Origin: Pelomyxa schiedti
Taxonomy: Eukaryota > Protista > Evosea
Direction: 5' to 3'
Assembly (NCBI GenBank): GCA_020536535.1
Contig: JAHLWZ010000694.1
Location: 1-64,000 of the forward strand
DNA length: 64,000 bases
Shown here: in pieces, positions 1 to 12,747 of the stretch
Layout of the letters: every line of letters starts with the position of its first letter
Numbering within the stretch: the first letter of the stretch is position 1
Made by a program: the position numbers and the translations under genes
The notes under the pieces: model-generated
What the model saw: the letters and a program-made list of their open reading frames with translations, nothing else
Databases searched by the model: none
Told to the model about the DNA's origin: nothing

Positions 1-113
1 TTGTGCTGCCGGCCGAATTGGTAGGTTTACGTTTGGTTCCTGCTGCTATGGGTTTAGTTGTTGCTGTGTTTTGATTTTCGGGGCTCGTTCTGTTGTTATC
101 TGTTGCAGGAGAG
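1..113. repeat. Exact inverted copy of 787-899 at the window edge
   Basis: 1-113 (ttgtgctgccggccgaattg...tgttgcaggagag) is the reverse complement of 787-899; it may extend left of the window. Confidence 0.9.
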
Positions 114-1426
114 TTCGAATTGAGAAATTACAGACTGTTGACTGATAAAGTGCTTCTGATAGAAGATTACACAGTTGTTCAGAAGCTAGGAAATGCTCCT
201 CGCGTGGATTATCCCAGAGATCTCACCTTCAATTTCCTCTCTGACCAAAAGGTGGATGAAATACTTATAAATTGTTGCTATAACATCCTGGGTATGTCTT
301 TTCTTTCTTTTGGGTACAAACAACTTTGTTCCAACTTTTCTTCCGAAAAGACTTCATTGGAGTAATCCTAAAGTGGGACAACTCAGACCAAATTTATCAA
401 GTATCCACACCTGGTCACAAGAAGACTTATGCACTGCGTATTGGCAAGAGCCTTCTAAATCACACCCTAGAAGCGGGCACTGTAGTTGCAGTTAAACACG
501 CCACAATTATAGGCAGTGAGGCCAACGATAAGTTGCGCATAAGTACACCATCAATGTGCATTGAGGCCACGGCACCACCCTCTTTCATTTTCGTAAACCC
601 AGAAATGGAGGAAGCCACAAAACTGCGCCAGTGGTACATACAGACTGAGAATAGGCAGAAACTGCATGAGGAAACATTAGCTTCATCCGGCACATGTGAA
701 GAGTTAACGGAGCATATTATCCAACAAGCTCCCCCTGCCACCACTTTCTCATCAGGGAGTAGCATCGTAATTCCTATCAATTCAAGCTCTCCTGCAACAG
801 ATAACAACAGAACGAGCCCCGAAAATCAAAACACAGCAACAACTAAACCCATAGCAGCAGGAACCAAACGTAAACCTACCAATTCGGCCGGCAGCACAAG
901 CGTATCCACCACCAATTCCAGTAGAACTCTTCCCGCCAAGGGCGAGCATCCCGAACCACCGCAACCAAAGAGAGCAAGGGCAGACAAGCATCTTAAACAC
1001 GGCGAAGAGAGTGATAGGCTCAATCTGCAGGCTCACCCCAATCACACCAGCGAGGTGAACAACAACAACAAAAACTGCACCACAGAACAAGACAACAGCG
1101 CCAAAGCCCACCATCACTCCAAACAGTATCACCACCACAGAAAACAATCACAGGCGGCAGTAAGACCCAGAAACCAAAATGCAGGGCCTTTGAACACACA
1201 TTCCTCCAATCCAATTGTGAAATGCATCAAGCCGGACTACACAGAAGGCCACAGAGAAGCCAATGACGATTCCACTCGCATGGTCACCAAATCCAATCCC
1301 AATCCCAAAGGCAATGATTCCGGCTCATCCGGCACCCACAAACCAAAACAGGGACACAAGGCTGCAAGAGCTCACGATCACAAATCGACTCACCAGACAG
1401 GCTCCACACACCATCAACGCAGCTGA
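114..1426 (+). CDS. RPA70/RPA1-like OB-fold protein (5'-truncated) with long low-complexity tail
   Basis: Exon ~114-291 (LLIEDYTVVQKL...LTFNFLSDQ...YNIL) and ORF 326-1426 (GTVVAVKHATI...FIFVNPEMEEATKLRQWY) resemble the RPA70 DBD-A end and DBD-B (VLAIKGARV...NPDIPEAYKLRGWF). The N-terminus is replaced by the inverted segment. Confidence 0.6.
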
Positions 1427-1449
1427 AGACTCTAATACATCGTCCTGTG

Positions 1450-3446
1450 AAGGAGGAGTCACAAGAACCCTTCCAAGTCGACCTTGAAGTTGCACAATAA
1501 AGCCAACTTTGGTTCTTTTGCATCAAATGCAGTAACAATGTGTTGTAAAAGAGCCTGGGGGAAGCCCTTTGTTGTTCCACTGATTCTTTCTTTGTTGTTC
1601 TCCCTTGTGACACAAAACAATCAATTTTCGGTCCGGTAATTTCCATTTTTTTTTTAATATTACCGGCTGCAAACACGGTGGAAAGATCTCGGGCGAGGGT
1701 CTTCTGTAGTACTAACGCCTGTTTATTCATTCCTGCACTGGCTGTATGTCTTCTTATTTTTACTGCAACACTCAAACTACGCAACACATATTTTTGTCCA
1801 GTGTTTGTAGTGATGCCGCATATCATTGTGCAAAATAAATAACAATATTAATTCATTCACCAAATGCAATTAGCACAACACATCCAACAACAAGATGACG
1901 GTTCTGATAAAGTGCGATGATGCCTCGTGTGAAAAGTTTGACCTGCCATGCATGCCTTAAGAATGTCACATAAAGAAATGTGAGAATATCCTCAAATTCA
2001 ACACAATGCCGCTCTGAGTGATCAGCCTCTGACAATAGAGAGCTCTTCAGTTTTTGACAAGCGAAGCACCCAATGGCGATAAGATAGTACTCTAGTTGTA
2101 ACAAGATACCTCTGTATGATGATCACTCCACTTTTCTGTGCTTTTAACACATGCTGTTCCTATTACAGAATTCTCTTCCAAACGAATCTTTACATCCTCT
2201 CCCTTTCTCGCGGTTTTTCCCACGAAGATGTTTCAGGGTTTGTCAAAATCAATTCATTGTTGGAACCCTCAACACCTATCTAGATTGGAGAGTTTTCACT
2301 TGTGAGGCATGAACCAGCAGGTTTTTGATTTCCTGTGGCCACTTACCAGAGTGATAAATATCACGGTAAGCATAGCATACATTAAGTTGGTACCTTCCCT
2401 CAAATCCTGGTAGATCAGTGCACTTCGGCAGTAAACCTCCTTTGCACCAGAGTGTGACGAAACACAGAATATTCCACAGTCGAGCTTGTTTTCCCGAGGA
2501 TAATCTCTGGGGGATATGTGATGAGTGCACTGAACAAGTAGGTACCTTTGAGACAGAACACTTTCTTAAGTATATGTGCACTTCAGGAATCCCCTTTGGC
2601 AGTTGATTAATGCAAGACCGTTGGAGCAGAAATGCAACCTCTTGGCTGAAACTTTTGCGGGAATTTGCAGCACTTCTTTTCATCTATCTGTCACATCAAG
2701 GTTTCTTTGAAATTGAAAATAAGTTGGCCATTACTCAAGTGTTATTTAGTCTATGGACATGCAAAGTTGAGGGTTCAGGAGAACACAGAATTGCCTCTGA
2801 AGGTAGTTAAATAAATGCTGCTTCTTTCTCAATTTCACTAAAATCTACCCACAAGATTGTGGGAATGCTACCCTTGTCACCCATCAAGGAGAACACAAGA
2901 ATAGAAAGGGAAAAAAGGTTAAGGGATTTCTTATTAGATTTTACTCCTTTGTTATGTTGGTGGTTTGTGTAGTTGTAGGCTAAGTCAGAAGACCTTCCAC
3001 GAACTAATCAACGTTCCGTTCTCACAAGATAGAAAAAGCCCAGGAGCTCATTACATAGAACCTGGGGTTGAGACTCACGCTTGTGGGATGCGAATGTAAG
3101 CTTACCACCCTACAGCCTCGATACATTCCGAAGATGAGGCAAGTAGAGGGCGGAAGTAAACCGAATTTTACCGGAAACAAATTTTTCCTTTGTCGAAAAA
3201 ACAATAACACAATTGCAAAAATAGAGAAAAGGCTTTTGAAAACAAACAAAAATTAAAACACAAACCACAAAAAAACCCACGAACGACTACAGGCCGGGAA
3301 CAGCAACCTACGAGCGCGACCGGTTTCGGGAGGCTGCACGAAGGCGATTTCGAGAAGGAGAGAGCGGTTGTGAGTGCGATTGTGCGAGCGCTTCTCCAAT
3401 AGTAAAAACCAGCGTCAACACGGGCACTCTCGTTCTTGGTGTTCAT
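1450..3446 (-). CDS. Multi-exon hypothetical protein
   Basis: ATG at 3446 (MNTKNESARVDAGFYYW...) and a chain of minus-strand ORF fragments separated by intron-like segments down to ~1450. No domain recognised; 3' end approximate. Confidence 0.4.
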
Positions 3447-3612
3447 GGTTTTTTGTTCTGTTTTGTTTGTTTAGTTTGTATTTAAATTAGAGCGTTTTGT
3501 GCCTTATGTGCAGTTGCTTGGTTCGTTCCAAAGTCATTGATTTGTGCCCCTCACATTATACACAGAGCTTCATGGTCTACATAATGGATCCAGTACACCT
3601 ACTGCGTACAAC

Positions 3613-4367
3613 GAATTGATTAATTTCCGGCAGCAGAGTTTAGAGAAATTTGATGTGCTACAGGATGGGGGAGCAGGAATTTCGTTGGGAGCCAGAGGGA
3701 GGGAATTGGGGGTGATAGTTTGGCCTCCATTTTCTTCTCTCTCAACCCTAGCACCTTCCTGCTCCTTTTCCCCGCCACACCAGTGCAACAGGATGGGGGG
3801 AGTGACACTGTGGGGTGTTGGGTTTGGGGACCTGATGAGGGGGGTGAAAGCTTGGCCCCTCTTCTTCTCCCTATATATCCCATATCTCCACTGCAACCCC
3901 ACTCCCTTTTCCCCGCCACTGTTCTCTAATATTCTGGCTCTGCCCTCAATTAATCAGTCCAGAGAGATATTGGGAATATATTTGCCATCCATTCTCTAGA
4001 GAATGCCCCGCTTTTGAATTGATTGATTTCCGGCAGCAGAGTTTAGAGAAATTTGATGTGCTACAGGATGGGGGAGCAGGAATTTCGTTGGGAGCCAGAG
4101 GGAGGGAATTGGGGGTGATAGTTTGGCCTCCATTTTCTTCTCTCTCNNNNNNNNNNNNNNNNNNNNNNNNNNNNNNNNNNNNNNNNNNNNNNNNNNNNNN
4201 NNNNNNNNNNNNNNNNNNNNNNNNNNNNNNNNNNNNNNNNNNNNNNGGGGGGTGAAAGCTTGGCCCCTCTTCTTCTCCCTATATATCCCATATCTCCACT
4301 GCAACCCCACTCCCTTTTCCCCGCCACTGTTCTCTAATATTCTGGCTCTGCCCTCAATTAATCAGTC
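3613..4367. repeat. Two ~350-bp direct repeats (3613-3959, 4016-4367) with TG...CA inverted termini; MITE/LTR-like
   Basis: Near-identical copies separated by a 56-bp spacer. Copy 1 has TGATTAATT (3617-3625) and AATTAATCA (3948-3956). Copy 2 contains a 100-N gap and one visible substitution (gattaatt versus gattgatt). Confidence 0.75.
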
Positions 4368-4535
4368 AAGCGTAACAATGGCACGGCCACTGATCAAGGA
4401 GTACTTACTATTCCCCCACCATGTGACGCAAAACACACCCCGTAACAATAAGAAGGTACGTTACTCTCCTTCCTTACAACCACAACGGTTGTACTTCGAA
4501 AGGTTTTTTTGGTTTTTGTTTCTGTGTGGTTGATT

Positions 4536-7500
4536 CTAGGTGTTTGAGTGGTTATTTTGTGTGGAGCCTGTCTGGTAAGTCAATTTGTGATCGTGAGCTC
4601 TTGCAGCCTTGTGTCCCTGTCTTGGTTTGTGGGTGCCGGATGAGACAGAATCATTGCCTGTGGGATTGGGATTGGATTCGGTGATCACGCAAATGGAATC
4701 GTCATTGGCTTTGCTGTGGCCTTTTGGATTGGAGGAGTTTGTGTGCAAAGGGCTAGACATACTTGCTGCCATTTTGCATGTCTGGGTTGTTGTTGCCTTG
4801 TGTCCCTGTTTTGAATCGGAGCTGGAACAGTTGGAATTACCAATGAGTTTGTCCAATTCTTGAAGTGTTCGGCGGAGGCTTAAGCATGAGAGTGCCACCG
4901 ACTCTTCTGAGAGCTGTGGATGCTGGGACCACAGCTCCACACATGGCGTAAAATCTTGCACGCATCCAAGAGGAAGTTCTCCCGATCCTCCAATGATTTT
5001 GTATCCATTACATAATTCCTTGAGTACGGAGAGCAACTTACTGGCACATTTAAAGGCACTGAGAGTGTGCTGGAGAACAAATGGGTGCGGAATGCTGTCC
5101 CTCTTATAGTTGCCGGTGCTCAGCCACTCGTAAGTGTGGCGCAGAAGGCTCAGAGAGAGCGCAGTCACCTAATGCAGGGAGTGAGTAAGTAACGCTTCCA
5201 ATTCTTGGGTTATTGTTACCTCCTCGATGTCTGATTTACTTTCATACACCTTTTCCCAGTTGAGAGATGACACAATCTTAACGAGTGCTTGCGAACAAAA
5301 TAGTAGAACAGAGCTGGAAAAATCAAGCAGATCCCCTATTTGCCTGGCTACACCGGCCTAAAGGTGTTTCCTATTTTTAATTCCCATGTGTTGAAAGAAT
5401 ACTACATACACATATATTGTTCGAAATGTGGTTCCTTGCGGTTCGCCACTTTACGAGGCAGCTGAACAGCTGACCCCAGACTTGTGCAGCAGCAATGAAA
5501 TCTTGCTCCGGAAATTTGGGGCTGCATTTCAATAATCGAAAAGGTACAATGAGAATGTTCACTATAACTGTGCTCAGCCACTTTTCGTCAACAACCTTCT
5601 CAAAGTAGATGTCCTTGCGTTTTGAAACCTGGTATTCGATGTGGAATGCAAAACAGCTCCAGAAAGTGATTTCAAGCGAGAGTAAACTCGGAGAAAACGT
5701 GAGGCTTTTGCCAACTTCAGTGAATTTGTCTAGCAATAGCTGGAACCACTGAACACTGGCCCTCTCCCGATCCAGATGACAGAAAACTTGCTGAAAACTT
5801 TGAATGTGTAGTTTATGTTCAACACTGCTCAGGCGGGGCACACAGTCAAGCAGCAGGAGACAGATACTCAGCATAATTGGGCCCCTCTCACCTTCGATTC
5901 CGGGGATTTTGCACACGTGTAACTGCGGTTTACCAGCAAGTGAGTGAGGAAATGTTTCCAAAAAGGTCTGGATGTAGAGGTATAAGAGTTTTGTGAAATC
6001 GTCTCGATGACGGTTGCTTATGTCCCCGATTACTGGGAAGGATGGTCTCTTTGTATCCACTGATAGTAAATGAAAGATGTGCCCTCTAAGCCGGTTAACA
6101 AAATGGCATTGTAGTCTTATATCTCCTTCACTCACTGCATTCCCGATCCGGTTAAGAATCGACCTCCAATTCTTTCAAAAGGCGTTACTTCATTTCGTTC
6201 ATGATGAATTAATAGTCTTACAAATAGAAGGGAATCTCCACTGCTGATGTCAAAAGAGCACTGGCATAATCCAAGTTCAAGGACTTCCATAAAACTTGTG
6301 AAGAGATCAGCAAACTCCTAATACACGTAAGTTCGGAGGTCAGCATGAACTGGGGTCCCACCATGGGGTCCACAGAACCCAGAGGGGGCACATAACCATG
6401 CAATGCTTGATCATGGTCGAACTTTGGAAATATGGGCAGGCTATCCTGGGAGAGCAGATAACCGCAGTCTTGCATAAGGTGCCGGAACACTTCACCATCC
6501 ATTGGTTCTGTACGAGTACAGAGAGCCTTCAAGAAGTGACAAACTACATCCCGGCAACAGTGGGTGAGCGCGTAAGAACCAAGAGCCTAAGAAACATGGT
6601 TACTGATGTATTCCCCTTATCCTGATATTAATCATACCCGACAAAGGTGCTCCCAGGTCTGGAAGCACTCTACCAGCACCGCCGTGTTTGTTTCACTGGA
6701 GGCTCCCCGAGATAATGGCGTCATCAGACTTTCTACTTGCACAGGAATGCCGTTCTTCTGTCCATACACGGTGACCTGCACAGATCATCAGAAGGTGAAA
6801 GATTTAAATTGGCTGACAAACCAAGTTACACCATGCTCTGTAAGTTGTGACCCGAATGCTGGGGTCCAGGTGAGAAAAAGATTCCTCTGCAAAAGTTATG
6901 AATTTTACTGCCACATCTGTATCGACGAGAGACTGTCCTAGAAGGCGAACATAATGCCCCCAGACCTGAAGCAGGGCAATGAGAGCGCCGTTGTCAGATG
7001 TGGAAATGGCCTTTTGCCACCTATTGGCGAACAAGTTCCAAAGGCTCCCGTTGGAAGCACAGTCTTGTAGATCATGTAACAAGCCACTCGACAGTGGCAA
7101 AGGGGTCTGAGGAAAAATTTCTGACAGCGATTTCATAATTTCTTCTGCCTTTTGTGATATAATTATATCATCTGATAGTATGCCCAAATAAACAGTACGG
7201 CCCCACACTGAACTGCACGAAGAGGATGACGAGGGCTGGAGCAGCTTCAGAATAGCATCGATGGCCTCCAGAACCAGTTCAGTCAAGTCATCTATGGGAA
7301 ACAACTCAGAGACCTACGTGCGTATTTGGGTAAGAAGGGTCGGACCGCAATCACCTACGATGATTGCAAACACTTACCAAGTTTAACAGTTCCAGAGGTT
7401 GTTCAAGTTCTTTTGGTGGTTTATGTAGAGACTGAACGCACCACAAAGCCCGCTGCGTAATGCGCACTGAGACGGTCTTGTTTTCACGTAATACTAGAAG

Positions 7501-7872
7501 TAACAGATCGTAGATTGTTTTCCAGTCCAAGTGAGTGAAGCCTGAGGCTGTCAGATCCTTGCCTGCCAAATACACCAACGTCGTGATTGCGTCGAACGCA
7601 GTCTCCTCCAGGCCTGCGGAGATTGACTTCGACAATGTTTTTTCCTTTGTGTGTGCGAAGATGTACTCCTCAATGTCTTCGACCACGCAAGCCAAGCAAC
7701 ACTCAACAAGGTGCCCGCAGTGGTCTACATTGTCGTTTTCCAGTAGGTGACTGATTCTGTGATAGAAACCACTTCTCTCCACCCCACCGTCAGCACAGCG
7801 GAGATTCATCAGGAGATCTCCCAGGTTTGCCGTAGATCTTGCTTCGGCAGGAGGAGTGCCGGCTCCAATCAT
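4536..7872 (-). CDS. RIF1: Telomere-associated / replication-timing protein RIF1-like (HEAT-like N-terminal domain)
   Basis: ITQRALWCV, LVLEAIDAILKLLQ...VWGRTVY and LQVWGHYVRLLGQSL...FITFAEESFSHLDPSIRVTTYRAWCNLV match Rif1_N motifs (LWPLFVKLLG...EELGFRS...AFIAWKSL). Multi-exon. Confidence 0.7.
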
Positions 7873-7968
7873 CGCTGAGCCCGGGACTTTTTTTTTACCT
7901 TTCTATTTTTTCGATCTGAGAAACCTGAGTTCTGTTTGATCAAAAAGAAACCGGCCTAGGGTCATTCA

Positions 7969-10472
7969 ATGGCCGACAGAGGCTGCAGCAGCTCGACAAA
8001 CTCCCCTGAAAACACGGGGGAAACGGAACCAGCTAGTCGCAAGAGGCCTCCTGGGATCATTCGGTCCTGCTGTTCCTCGAAGAAGCCACGGGCGGCTGTA
8101 GAGCACCAACAAAACTACCAAAGCCAACAAGAACGGGAGCAACTGCAACCACAGCAACAATTTCAATCGCAATTGCAACAACCATCACATCAGGAGCAAC
8201 TGCAACCACCGCCACAGCAGTACGCAGAATTGTCAGTGCCATCCCTTTTGTCATTTGCATCTCTCTTGTTAGAGCAGGTTAAAAAAAGAAATTGAATTTG
8301 CAAGGGTCCAGTGATGCCCAGAGTGAAGTTGGAAGTTTCGAGATATTCTGACACATTCCCAGTGCTCTGGCTCATGGGCAACTCTCTGCTACTTGGTCAA
8401 TGCGAGGACCTGCTTGTGTGGTTCATTCCACTTTGATAGAGATATATTCCGTGAGTTTTTGTTATCCTGTTTCTTTATTTTCTTACGTATCATCATTTTT
8501 TGGGAAAAGACCTCTTTTGTCCCTAATCTAATGTTACAGGAACAGAAACCTCATTTGGTGCCTTGTCTTCATGTAACCTTGTGTGGGATAAATATGGTGG
8601 CATTGCAGGTCATCATTTTACTATTTTCCGCAGAACCCTCTCAGATCAACCTTGGGAGAAGGACCCCCATCCAAAGGGCTATTGCAGAGCCATGATACGG
8701 TACATCCTGCTTCCTCTCTCACACTCACTCTAATTGTCACCAAATCCAGGTGCGAGAAGAGGCGTCTTCTTGTTGGTGATCATATGTTAATGCCAGGTCA
8801 GGAACACTTTTTGAATTCCAATACAGAGATTACAGCTGGAAATCACGGTACAGCCATTTACAAAATCTTTTACTTCTGAGTCACTCATGGCTCAAACAGT
8901 TTTCAATTTTATAAACAATATGGAAAAACCAAGAAAGACATTCGTGATAAACAAAGGCTATAAGGAGGAACAGCTTATAACCGTTAAAAACCAATTATCT
9001 AGGTCGATTTCTATTACTATTTTCCTGTTCCTTTTTTTCTTTTCATATTCTCTTTGCACTGCACAGGGGTGAATACGGGGAGCTACACGAAGGTTGGGCC
9101 GATTTTACCTCCAACCCCTATGAATCATGTCCGGTGGCTGTGAAGGTCTCCTTTCTTCCCCAACTTTTGTTACCAACTCTGTTCAGGTAATAGATCTCAA
9201 ACCGGATCTAAAAACTAGGGGCATAGACCATATCCTGCGAGAGTTTAAGCTGCATGAGATGTATCTAGTGGCCCTTAAAACCTAACTAAGACTAACCTTG
9301 CTTCCCAGGTTGTTACACGATAATATACCAAAATTCCATGGAGCACACATATCCAAGAGGCAAGTGCACTTATACCTGGTTATGCAGCTGTATGCCCCAT
9401 CTCTTTGGATGTTTCACCTTTTTTGCCTCAATGTACATTACCTTGCAAATAAATTTTAAAAAACCAAGGATTTCCGGCACAACACTAGAACAGCTTGTCT
9501 CTAACATGGTGGATGTTCACACAAAAGGGCTCTCTGAGAGTCAAATCAAAGTAATATTCAAGCAGCTGTTCAAGGCTCTTGAATACATCCATGAACGGGG
9601 GATCACCCACCGTGATTTAAAGGTTTTGTGCAGCAGCTAATATTATTTCTAAAATCAAAGTTCTAGCCCTCGAATGTCATGGTGACCAAGGAACCTGTGT
9701 ACTCCGGCGATCTTATGTACCACACATTCCTTATCGATTTTGGAATCTCTGCCGAAACTGATAAAATGAAGTCACGATGCGGGGCACTCTCATACAGAGG
9801 TGTGTTACAGGTGGCTGTGGTCCTCCCTGATTGACTACACATTCAGCCCCAGAAATGCTGGAAGTTGGCGAGAAGTACAGCTCTCAGATAGACATTTGGG
9901 CCAGTGGTGCCACAATTTATTTCTGGTGACTATTCTTTTTTATTTTATTTGGTTCTGCCTTAACATATCAACAGTTTCTTTGGAGAACCCCCCTATATCG
10001 GTGATGCTGATAGGAGTAAGGGCCCCACTTTTCCCAGTGGGGGCCACTGTTCACCACAAGGTAAATACCCCTTTGCTTCAAACACTTCCAAAGAGTTTCA
10101 GAAATGTTTCCTGGTCTTCTCACCATTCTCTCACCAGCCCAAGCACTCATACGGAAACTTCTGGCCTATGAACCAAATGCAAGACCCAGCTCCCCCGAAG
10201 TATTGCTTGACCCTTGGTTCACAATGCCTGAAATGGAACACGTTGCACAACATCAGCCGTTATCGGCTCTAAATCACCCCATTCAGACAGTCCAGCCCCT
10301 CCCAACCAACCTGGATATGGCCCACAACAACCTTCCCAATCCACAGAAACCTCGGGCGCCTTCTTCAGCTCCACTTGAACGAAATCTCACAGGCATACAA
10401 CGTATCATTCAGCAGCAAGCTATGTTTCAATTGGAACCTCAAAAGTCCAATTCCTTGGAAGGGTCACTGTGA
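7969..10472 (+). CDS. FHA-domain Ser/Thr kinase (CHK2/CAMK-like)
   Basis: Q-rich N-terminus; FHA-like SCNLVWDKYGGIAGHHFTIF...EITAGNH|VFNFIN; kinase motifs LSRGEYGEL, VAVK, HERGITHRDLK|PSNVM, LIDFG, APE, DIWASG, EVLLDPWF. Confidence 0.8.
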
Positions 10473-10628
10473 CCAAAAAACAAATTTTTGACAGAAAAAA
10501 CCCAAATTTGTCTATTCTTTGGGAAAAAAAATCAACTATCGGAAATTCACATTGCAAGTTGTGAATTGGATGAGATTGGCCTGGTGTGTGGTACCTTTAT
10601 GTGGAGGGAAGTGAATGGGAGGAACAAA

Positions 10629-12747
10629 TTAGCAGTCCCACATGGAAGCATCTGGTGATCTGGTCATCCTCTCCCTAGCACGAATGCGACATGGGCAAGA
10701 CACTTGGTGTTCATGGTTGAACCTCCCACACCATATGTGCTTGGACAAAGTGGTAAGGTCGAAGCGGGTGTCAGGGTTCAGATCCAACAAATGGGTGACA
10801 AGGTCCTTAACTGGGAAAAAAGGTTTAGAAACCAAAACGCGGAAGAACTAGCTTCCACGGGGAGAATAACCCTACCATCAAGAGAGAGGGGAATGTCATC
10901 TCGCCATGTGTAATGCCCAGAACCTGGGAATATCGGGTAAGAAATCGGTCACTACAACGATAGAAGAACATACGAATCAATTGCTCTGTATGGCTGTCAT
11001 CTTTCCCGTTGAAAGGGAAGCGCCCGGTCAGCCTTCATTTGGTTTTTAGATGTTATGTTAGATGTTTGCGTTGTTTGTTGGTTTTGAGTTTAGTGTGTTG
11101 TATTGTAGCTGTATTTTTTTTTGTTGAGACGTACATTACAAACAAAAGTACTCCGAGCGACCTAGGGAACTGTGAAATGAATAAAGGCACTTTGGGTGTA
11201 TTACCACATGTCACACTTTATGCCGTATCCATTGAGGCCCTCGCCAACGCTTAATACCTCGGGCGCGACATAATTGGGTGTGCCCACTAGTGTCCGTGCC
11301 GCCATGCTTGTGCTGTCTGGCCAAAATACGTTAACTGTACAATCTCAAAAACCCTTTTTACAAACTGAGAACCCTTGCAAATGCAAAATCCTGAGAGCAA
11401 AAGTTTGGTTGATTAGCGAGGAGAGTTTAAATGAAGGGGATGGCTTACTGCAATCTTAATATCTGGAGCTTCATTTCTGGGGTCAGTTAGAGGGTCATTT
11501 TCCATCACAAGAATATTCTCTGGCTGGGGGCGAAAAAAAAAAGTAAATGGCCTTGTTGTCTACAGTAAACGAAGAACCTTCAGATCCCTGAAAGAAAGTG
11601 AGCGGAAAATCTTTTCAAGGCTTTTGGGGGCTTAATACCGATGCATAACGCGGTTGATGTGCAGGCCATATAAACCGTCAACGATTTGTGATAAGAAATG
11701 AAAAGATTGAATTTCGGACAAATGGTCCCGCTGTTATTTGTTTTGTTTGTTATTACTCGTTTTCACCATCAGAAGGATATCAAGTTACCTTCTGTATGTA
11801 CTCTAATAAGTCACCACCACGGGCCCTTTTTGAGTTTATATTAAGAAGTGGGAAAAGAGGTTGGTGAGTGCTCACATTTCAAAGACCACTCCAACGACAG
11901 TTGGTGACGAAAAATAATCCTTAACTGACACCACATGCTCATTCTTATAGACAACGGGAATGCCGACCTCCCTGTTGATCTGTATAGGTTGAACCTCCGA
12001 TGCCTTAAACACTTTGATTGCATTCCACTCCCATCTCTCGCGTGAAAACGCCTCATAAACAGTTGCCGAGGCCCCTTGGCCAAGTCTTCTATCAGTGAGT
12101 TCATACTTTTGGAAAATTGCATGCTAATGGCATTTTCAGGACAGAAAAAATAAATAAAGTGATTACACACATCTGGTGGAAATCCAAGCCTCTCTGGGGC
12201 TGGTGGACCCAATTGGAACTTAAAGTAAACTTCTACAGTTCAGTAAGAGGAAGAAGAGTAACTTTACAAAAAAGGAAAAGATATATACTTCGCAAAATCC
12301 CGCTAGCGTCCAGGTAAAGTGGTATTCCTATTTCAAATCCAGAATTCAATGGAGCCAACGTGTGGTGAATAGCTCTCCCGCGCACTTCTGTGCCACAGGA
12401 ACTAAAGGAGGTTAGAGAGAGGGACCGCGAGTGGGGTACCTCAAATCTACGAGAAAGGTCTCCCCAAGCCCTCGCTTAACATATATCACGGCGTGCTTAT
12501 CGTTTACGAGGGGAAAATCTAGAACTATGTTGCAAGAAGCATCTTTTCCGATAGAAAACATCTTGATCTCGTCTGGTTGCTCTCGTATTACAAAATACGG
12601 TGGGAAATTGGGTGGCGGGTCGATCTGCACGACGTGCAGTCGGGCCCAAAACGCTGTAAAAACAGGTTAGATCTGACGCCAATCATACACGGTGGTTGGT
12701 GGCTGTAATCGTGCGGACATACGTTTCGGTACCGGTACCGCGGCCAT
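10629..12747 (-). CDS. FHA-domain Ser/Thr kinase (CHK2/CAMK-like), second copy
   Basis: FHA: FSIGKDASCNIVLDFPLVNDKHAVIY...FLVDLR. Kinase: KYELTDRRLGQGASATVY, AIKVF, GGDLLEYI, VMHR|DLK|PENILV, VGTPNYVAPEVL, YGIKCDMW, LLDLNPDTRF. Confidence 0.82.

Noticed and set aside
8845-8900. In-frame TGA suggesting stop-codon recoding in the FHA kinase
   Set aside because: It lies within a GT-AG intron whose removal restores GNH|VFNF. Other apparent internal stops I checked are likewise intronic.
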